This document shows, one piece after another, positions 32,911-37,256 of a stretch of 37,256 nucleotides of DNA. Source of the DNA: a virus (taxonomy: Duplodnaviria; Caudoviricetes). The number at the start of each line of letters is the position of its first letter. The first letter of the stretch is position 1. The stretch covers positions 1 through 37,256 of IMG/VR virus record IMGVR_UViG_3300037462_000914; one strand, given 5' to 3'. The position numbers and the translations under genes are program-made. Under the pieces are notes generated by a model that saw nothing but the letters and a program-made list of their open reading frames with translations, had not been told where the DNA came from and ran no database searches.

Positions 32911-33120
32911 TCAGCTTTCGTTGGCCAGCAGTTCGATCATGTTTTCCGAGACATCCGCCGTCTCCGCTTGGTAAAACTTGCCGCTGCCCGCAGGCGGGTC
33001 AACGGCCACCAGCGGCTGGCCGCCGTAAATCACCCGGCACACCGTGCCGGTGCGCCCCTTGTATTGGCCGTGCCGGATGCGCACCCGGTCGCCGACGTGG
33101 AAGAAGCATTGCTTAGCCAC
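32911..33120 (-). CDS. KOW/SH3-like small protein
   Basis: FHVGDRVRIRHGQYKGRTGTV. Confidence 0.6.
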   Translation of the reverse strand: MAKQCFFHVGDRVRIRHGQYKGRTGTVCRVIYGGQPLVAVDPPAGSGKFYQAETADVSENMIELLANES

Positions 33121-33352
33121 CGGCCACCTCCTCCCCGTACATCGCCTTCAGCACACCCTCGAACATGACCATGTCCTCCAGCACACAGGTGCGCACCGTG
33201 GGCGAAAGCACGCCCTCGGACAGTTTCTGCTGGCAGTCGGCTATCTTCCGCTCCAGCCACGTCCGTCGGTAGGCCACCTCGGCGTGGTGCAGCCTGGCGA
33301 ACTCGACCGGGTCGAAGTGCCAGAACAATGTGGATAGGTTAGCAGCTTCCAT
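33113..33352 (-). CDS. Hypothetical protein
   Basis: 79 aa directly after the ATPase. Confidence 0.55.
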   Translation of the reverse strand: MEAANLSTLFWHFDPVEFARLHHAEVAYRRTWLERKIADCQQKLSEGVLSPTVRTCVLEDMVMFEGVLKAMYGEEVAGG

Positions 33353-33353
33353 C

Positions 33354-34235
33354 TCACGCCGCCTGTAGGGTTGCCGCCATTTGTACCGCCCGCAGGTTCT
33401 GCACCAGCCGGTAGGTGCGCCGCAAATCGTGCGTGCCCGTCTTGCGGTCGTAGCTTTCGGCCACGATCCGCTCGATGGCCTCGGGCGGCTCCACGCCGTT
33501 GGCCCGGCATATCTCGGCCACTTCCTTTTTGCCGATTTTCTCCAGCATCACGTACTCGCGGCCCATGCGGCTCCACAGCTCGCGGTAGCCCCGCGTGTCG
33601 CGTTCCACGCCCCGCTCGATGCGCGACTTCATGCTCGGCGAACCGGCGATGACGAAGCCGCAGTAGCCGCACGTGTCGTTGTAGAGGCTCTTGAACAGCC
33701 GCAGCGTGTCGTCCTTCAGTTCGCCGAACTCGTCGAGAATCACCAGCGGCCGGTCCATGCGCAGCAGGGCGTTGGCGATTTCGTCCATGCGTTCGGCCAG
33801 CGGCCCGTGCGCCTCCATGCCCATGGCCGCCATCAGCCGCTTGGTGAACTCGCGCGGGGTGCTGTAGCCCTTGCACTCCACGTACACCGCCCCGGCCAAA
33901 TGCCCGGCCGCGTGCTGGAGGGCGAAGGTCTTGCCGCTGCCCGGCTCCTGGGTCACGCACAACGTGTCGCTCATGCGCTTGGCCCGCTTGGCCGCCGCCA
34001 CGATGCGCGTGAAGTTGACCGTCTCGGCCGGCTGCCAGTGCGGGGCGTAGCCCGCCCAGTGGGCCACCTTGCGCCACATCTCGGTCGAGATCAGTTCCCA
34101 GTTGCGGTTGACGATCTGGCTCATGGTGCCTTGGCTGATGCCGATCTGCCGCGAGCAGGCGGCGTTGCTCAGGCCCAGCCGGTCGCGTTTTTCGCCCAAA
34201 AGGCGCAAGACGCTTTCCTTTTCTTCGTTTTTCAT
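33354..34235 (-). CDS. MuB-like transposition AAA+ ATPase with N-terminal HTH
   Basis: HTH SNAACSRQIGISQGTMSQ; Walker A EPGSGKT; Walker B LVILDE; YRELWSR. Confidence 0.88.
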   Translation of the reverse strand: MKNEEKESVLRLLGEKRDRLGLSNAACSRQIGISQGTMSQIVNRNWELISTEMWRKVAHWAGYAPHWQPAETVNFTRIVAAAKRAKRMSDTLCVTQEPGSGKTFALQHAAGHLAGAVYVECKGYSTPREFTKRLMAAMGMEAHGPLAERMDEIANALLRMDRPLVILDEFGELKDDTLRLFKSLYNDTCGYCGFVIAGSPSMKSRIERGVERDTRGYRELWSRMGREYVMLEKIGKKEVAEICRANGVEPPEAIERIVAESYDRKTGTHDLRRTYRLVQNLRAVQMAATLQAA

Positions 34236-34317
34236 CGTAGATTTGGGGTTGAGATTTTTACTATTTGTAAGCGACTTCACCCGCCCCGGCCCTGCCGGGG
34301 TTTGGTGTTTTTGGTTA

Positions 34318-34353
34318 CTCCCCCTCCTTGGGAGGGGGCCGGGGGGAGGCCCC
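34318..34353 (-). repeat. REP-like GC hairpin directly after a stop codon
   Basis: Sense: TAG gggcctccccccggccccctcccaaggagggggag. Confidence 0.75.
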
Positions 34354-34563
34354 CTAATTCAGGTTCAGCACCAGCAGCGGGCTGTCGCACTCCTCGCCCT
34401 CGAACCGCTCCACCAGCGCGTCCAGCATGTCCTCGACGCACAGGGCGTAGCCCGCGCCCAAAACATACGGCATGTACAGCCGGATGTAGCCTTCGTAGCG
34501 CATCAGCAGGCAGCCTTTGTGTTCCTCGATGCCCAGGCAGATTTTTTGGCGCAGGTCGTTCAT
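34354..34563 (-). CDS. Hypothetical protein
   Basis: 69 aa from MNDLRQ. Confidence 0.55.
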   Translation of the reverse strand: MNDLRQKICLGIEEHKGCLLMRYEGYIRLYMPYVLGAGYALCVEDMLDALVERFEGEECDSPLLVLNLN

Positions 34564-34588
34564 GGTTTTTCGGCGGTTTGAAGGGTGT

Positions 34589-35068
34589 TCACCAAGGCGG
34601 TGTTTCGTCGTTTTCGTCCGGCTCCGGCGGGTCGCCCCAGTCGGTGGCCACCCTCGGGTACCAGTACTCACGGTCGCACAAGGGCTGCAGGTCGGGGTTC
34701 CAAGTCGCCATGTCCTCGCTATCGAACAGGTCGCGAACCACCGGCTTGTGTTCTTTCACTATCTTCTCAATCCGCACGCCCAGCACCTTCATCACCAGCA
34801 CCACCGATTTCCACGCCGTCTCGGCATCGGTGCCTTCCGGCAGCCGGATGCCGCCCGTGGCGTTGTCGCGGCACAGCCCGGCCAGGATGCGCCGGTGGAT
34901 GCGGTAGGCCCCGTTGCCGTTGGGCAGCGTCGTCGCCGCTTGGCTCAGTTCCGGCACCAGCCCCAGCCCTTCGTTGACGGCCAGCCCCACGGCTATGTTG
35001 GCTTCGTCGCCGCTGAGCAGCAGCCGGGCCAGTTGCAGGCGTTGGTTCGTTGTTTCTTCGGTATCCAT
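34589..35068 (-). CDS. Hypothetical protein
   Basis: 159 aa from MDTEET; TGATG-coupled to the transposase stop. Confidence 0.6.
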   Translation of the reverse strand: MDTEETTNQRLQLARLLLSGDEANIAVGLAVNEGLGLVPELSQAATTLPNGNGAYRIHRRILAGLCRDNATGGIRLPEGTDAETAWKSVVLVMKVLGVRIEKIVKEHKPVVRDLFDSEDMATWNPDLQPLCDREYWYPRVATDWGDPPEPDENDETPPW

Positions 35069-36981
35069 CAGTCGAACAAGTCTTTCAGTTTCGCGTAGTC
35101 CACCTGCACCCAGTCGGGTTGCGGCGGCGGGGCGGGCGGCTCGGCGGGCAGCACCTCGATGCGCCGCATCGCCGCCACGTCGGCCTTCACCATCTCGTTG
35201 AATTGGGTCGTGTATGCCTGCTGGGTCAGGTAGGCGGCAGCGTCGGCCTCCGTCCACTCGGCCCGCGCCTCGCTGAACAGCGGGGCCGGTTCGCATTCGC
35301 ACAGCAGCCGCCCGTCCTGATAGACCCACACCCGGCTTTCGAGCAGCCTCGGCGACCAGTACACTTCCACCTCCAAGCCGTTGAGCCGCCCCACCAGTGC
35401 CGGGTCGGGCAGTTGGTAGAGGTTGCCCCGCAGGGTCAAATCCTTGTTGCCCCGCAGGGTCACCGTCGTGCGTTCGCCCACCAGCCGGATATGCTCGGCC
35501 CATTTGACGGGCGTGGCGTTGGGGTTGGGCCGGCCGGCCAACACCTGCATCCGCGTCATCCCGGCGAACCGCCCTTGGTCGGGGTGCGGGCTGTGGTTGT
35601 ATTCCTCGATGCACTGCTCGGCGATGCTTTTTATCTCCCCGAACGGCATTTTAACGTCCTTCAAATCGCTGTTTTCGCGGTTGGCCGCCAGCCTTGCGAA
35701 CGGCCGGTACTGGAAACCCTCGTGCTTGCGCTGGTGGCCGTTGCGCATGGCCCGGATGAAGTTCTCGGCCCGCTTTTCCCTCGGGTTGCCGCCCAGGCAC
35801 CACCGCACCGACTCGAAGAACTCGCCCTTTTTGAGCAAATCGTCCTTGAAGCTGCTCGATATGTGCCGCTCCACCTCGAACTCCAGCGGCAGCCGCCCGT
35901 CCAACGCCTCGTTGAGCATCATGTCGGTGATGGCCGCCTTGAACAAGGCCCTGTCCTTCTCCACGCCCACCGCGTGGCCGATCACCGCCCCGGAGCACAC
36001 GTCGAATATGAAGTAGCACCAGGCCTGTTTGCCGTCGAGCAGCTTGAAGGGCAGCTTCTGGTCGTCCATCGTCGCCTTCGACAAGGCCCACTGCGCCTTG
36101 GCCCGCTTCTTGTGCGGCTCGTGCAGGGTGCGGTATTCCAGGCTCGACGCCGTCATCTTGGCCAATCTCGCCGCAAACTCGGGGCTGCGCATCACCCGTT
36201 TCACCGTTGTCAGGCTCAGTTCGCGGCGCGGGGCCAGCGTCTCGCCCGTCTCGGTGTCCACCACCGTGATGCGCCCGGCCAGCGCCGACCGGTGGGCGGC
36301 CCACACCTCGTTGGCGTACAGCCGCCGCCCGCTGCGGGTGGCCAGCGCCAGCAGCAGCCGCCGCTCGTGCTCGTCGGCCTTGCGGGCGTGGTCGTTGTAA
36401 GCCTCCTTCCTGCTCACCACCGCCAGCGGCCCGTGGGCCTCGTAGTCGGCCATCTTGTTCAGCAGCGGCCTGATTTTACCTATCCGCTGGCCAGCCAGCA
36501 GCCCCGCGTCCCACTCGGCCCCCATCGCCGCGATACATATATTATACAGCCGCTCCTTGCTTTCCACCCCGAACCATTCTACGCAGGTGCGTCGGTCGGC
36601 GGCGGCCATCAGCCGCAGCCAGGCGCACAGCCTCGCGTAGCCCCGTGCCCGCACGCTGTCGGTGGCCTCCTCCAAGGCCCGCACCTCGGCTTGGTCAACC
36701 TCCACCCGCGCCGCCACCCGCTGCCGCAGCCGCTCGGCCCGCAACGCCGCGTCGCGTGCGGCCGTCTCGGCCAGCCAGTCCACCGTGGGGTGGCCGTTGC
36801 TGTAGGCCGCGTCCACCAGCCGCCGCCACTTGTCGGGCAGGCTGTTGTAGCTGTAGGTGCCGCGTGCCAATACCGCCAGAACACCTCTTTGGGCGGCTTT
36901 TTTAAGAGCCTCCAATGAGATTATCTCGGCCAGTTCCTGTCGGGTAACGGCAACGTCGGTGCCGCAGGGCAATAGCTGCAT
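35068..36981 (-). CDS. MuA-like DDE transposase
   Basis: TMDDQKLPF, YFIFDVCSGAVIG, PLEFEVERH, NPREKRAE, IEEYNHSPHP; start re-called at MQLLPC. Confidence 0.85.
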   Translation of the reverse strand: MQLLPCGTDVAVTRQELAEIISLEALKKAAQRGVLAVLARGTYSYNSLPDKWRRLVDAAYSNGHPTVDWLAETAARDAALRAERLRQRVAARVEVDQAEVRALEEATDSVRARGYARLCAWLRLMAAADRRTCVEWFGVESKERLYNICIAAMGAEWDAGLLAGQRIGKIRPLLNKMADYEAHGPLAVVSRKEAYNDHARKADEHERRLLLALATRSGRRLYANEVWAAHRSALAGRITVVDTETGETLAPRRELSLTTVKRVMRSPEFAARLAKMTASSLEYRTLHEPHKKRAKAQWALSKATMDDQKLPFKLLDGKQAWCYFIFDVCSGAVIGHAVGVEKDRALFKAAITDMMLNEALDGRLPLEFEVERHISSSFKDDLLKKGEFFESVRWCLGGNPREKRAENFIRAMRNGHQRKHEGFQYRPFARLAANRENSDLKDVKMPFGEIKSIAEQCIEEYNHSPHPDQGRFAGMTRMQVLAGRPNPNATPVKWAEHIRLVGERTTVTLRGNKDLTLRGNLYQLPDPALVGRLNGLEVEVYWSPRLLESRVWVYQDGRLLCECEPAPLFSEARAEWTEADAAAYLTQQAYTTQFNEMVKADVAAMRRIEVLPAEPPAPPPQPDWVQVDYAKLKDLFD

Positions 36982-37016
36982 GGGGTTTCGGTGGTCGGGT
37001 GGGCGGGGTCGGGTCG

Positions 37017-37256
37017 TCAGGCGGCTTGCGGCGGCACGTCCTTGCGGCGGTACTTGGCCCGCAGGCTTTGAACGGCCGTGTCCATGGTCACCTTCCTGAT
37101 GCTCTGCAGCTCGGCCCACGCCTTCCTGATGGTGCGCGTGGCGTCGGTGCCCTCGCGGGTGCCGTTGAAGGCGGCGTTGATGGTGCCCAGCCCGTAGCCG
37201 GTTATCTGCATGAGCATTTCCTTTTCGGCGATGAACGGTTTTTCAGTCGTTTCCAT
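37017..37256 (-). CDS. Ner/Cro-like HTH DNA-binding protein
   Basis: LMQITGYGLGTINAAFNGTR; first early gene upstream of the transposase. The ATG is at the window edge. Confidence 0.55.
   Translation of the reverse strand: METTEKPFIAEKEMLMQITGYGLGTINAAFNGTREGTDATRTIRKAWAELQSIRKVTMDTAVQSLRAKYRRKDVPPQAA

Larger units (their letters stand above)
1039..37256. mobile_element. Mu-like transposable prophage (myovirus-type), incomplete at right edge
   Basis: DDE transposase plus AAA ATPase, Mu-type gp28/gp29/gp30/gp36/gpG-like genes, sheath/tube/baseplate genes, and a TG-initiated end with tandem repeats. Confidence 0.92.

Overview
The window starts with the 3' part of a host HI0933/BaiN-family flavoprotein gene and a short AT-rich ORF. 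From about 1039 to the window end lies most of a Mu-like (transposable) prophage with a contractile tail; its far end and repressor are outside the window. The host is probably Bacteroidota, inferred from TAnnTTTG promoter motifs and AT-rich leaders without Shine-Dalgarno sites. Layout: (-) fibre, baseplate, tape measure, tube, sheath, lysis, capsid and protease (1166-18328); (+) Mor-like, TerS, TerL, a four-gene fibre cluster, gp36, portal-MuF fusion and gpG (18524-25974); (-) accessory Rha module (25967-28374); (-) early operon with Ner-like, MuA, MuB, Gam-like and GemA-like genes (28588-37256). The most unusual signals are non-coding. (1) About 21 gene junctions are filled by inverted arrays of 7-nt tandem repeats from several sequence families, whose A-tract loop is oriented with transcription. 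(2) The Rha gene carries a 24-nt palindrome, and an orphan Rha fragment upstream has a covarying version of it inside a cluster of similar palindromes. (3) A c4-like structured antisense element lies in the rha leader. (4) An A10/A-AAA-AAG slippery site followed by a -1 stop sits in the portal-MuF linker. All product calls are by-eye motif and synteny recognition; no database searches were run.
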